A stretch of 62,956 nt of DNA, counting the filler, from Octopus bimaculoides (lineage: Eukaryota): the NCBI RefSeq assembly GCF_001194135.2. It is 5 parts of 5 records of this genome, joined end to end, with 100 filler letters (N's around TTAATTAATTAA, not from the genome) between each part and the next. Parts side by side here need not be neighbours in the genome. Positions count along the whole stretch, not along the records: positions 60,948 to 62,956 come from NC_069003.1; 4 more parts are not named here. One strand, given 5' to 3'. Below the pieces are notes generated by a model that was given only the letters and a program-made list of their open reading frames with translations, had not been told where the DNA came from and searched no databases. The translations under genes and the position numbers were made by a program. Below are positions 62,171-62,956 of this stretch, one piece after another (positions within the stretch are counted from its first letter, which is position 1; each line of letters opens with the position of its first letter).

Positions 62171-62956
62171 TATAGACAACAAATCCAATACTTTCAAATA
62201 TCCCCTCCATGTTACAAAGTGTTATTGTAAACTCACGAAACCTCTGTGTAAAACGATACAAACCTTGTGTTTATCACCACACAGTTTATACATACATATA
62301 GTGTTATGGCAATTTTTGCCATAGGTATTTTGTTCTAACACTTGGTTTTTGTGAAGCTTATTATTGAACGTGTCTGTAAACAGGGGCCACATGGAGAAAT
62401 ACCCTCTCGGTGTGTTCGTTAAATGTTGATATAAACGGTCTATAAACTTCAATACAAACACGTTGATAGACGAGCAATGCCACTATAATGTTTGTTAAAA
62501 CGTGTCAATTCTGTGTTGTAGCCCTCAAGTTTGTCTATAATGTTATGTTGTTTTGCTTTGTTGATAGTGTGGTGTGTGCGTACGAGTAGATGTAATCGCC
62601 TTACCTCGGTTTTCCTTTCTTCGACTGCGAGTCTGTCTTGCGGTATCCAATCCTTGAAGCTTGCCCCGACCCAAAGTACACCAGGAATAGCAGCTGCCTC
62701 TCCCAAACCTAGACCGTCGCTTAACACGTCTTGTCCTGACCACAACCCCGTTCGAAAAAGGACACGAATCCCGATCGAGGCTCCCTCTGCCCTTTTCCCC
62801 TTCCGGTCAGCCTCCCTAGACACTGACGTCATACCACACGCCACCCTGATCTTAAAGATCACGTTCACCCCTACTCCAATTCGAAGTCCGCCATCCAACC
62901 GGGCGGGCGCCCTACACGTCGAGATCTGCTCAAGCTAGGTGGCTCGTTTCCATCGC

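Overview
AT-rich, microsatellite-saturated eukaryotic DNA with many assembly gaps. The SINE repertoire suggests a cephalopod such as Octopus; this is an inference, not a database result. I found no convincing host protein-coding exon, rRNA, tRNA gene or CRISPR array, and most ORF-track entries are translations of (CA)n/(TA)n/(TAA)n/(TCTA)n repeats or N gaps. The window is a retro/transposon landscape. It holds an RTE-clade RT fragment, L1/Tx1-group LINE pieces, R4/Dong-like RLE LINE 3' ends stacked in (TAA)n tracts with a non-autonomous companion, and four Penelope-like (PLE) relics. One PLE keeps an open ~411-codon RT-thumb/GIY-YIG frame with a hammerhead-like motif downstream. Also present are two mariner relics (one full-length, nested inside a PLE), a hAT BED-finger fragment, a hAT MITE, Helitron/Helentron-like ends and at least three tRNA-derived SINE families. 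The most unusual items are a full-length U6 snRNA copy fused directly to a LINE/SINE-type 3' tail (35837-36003), a SINE family sharing its 3' tail with a Tx1-group LINE, and oriented (TAA)n-targeted insertion stacks. Most boundaries are read by eye and approximate.
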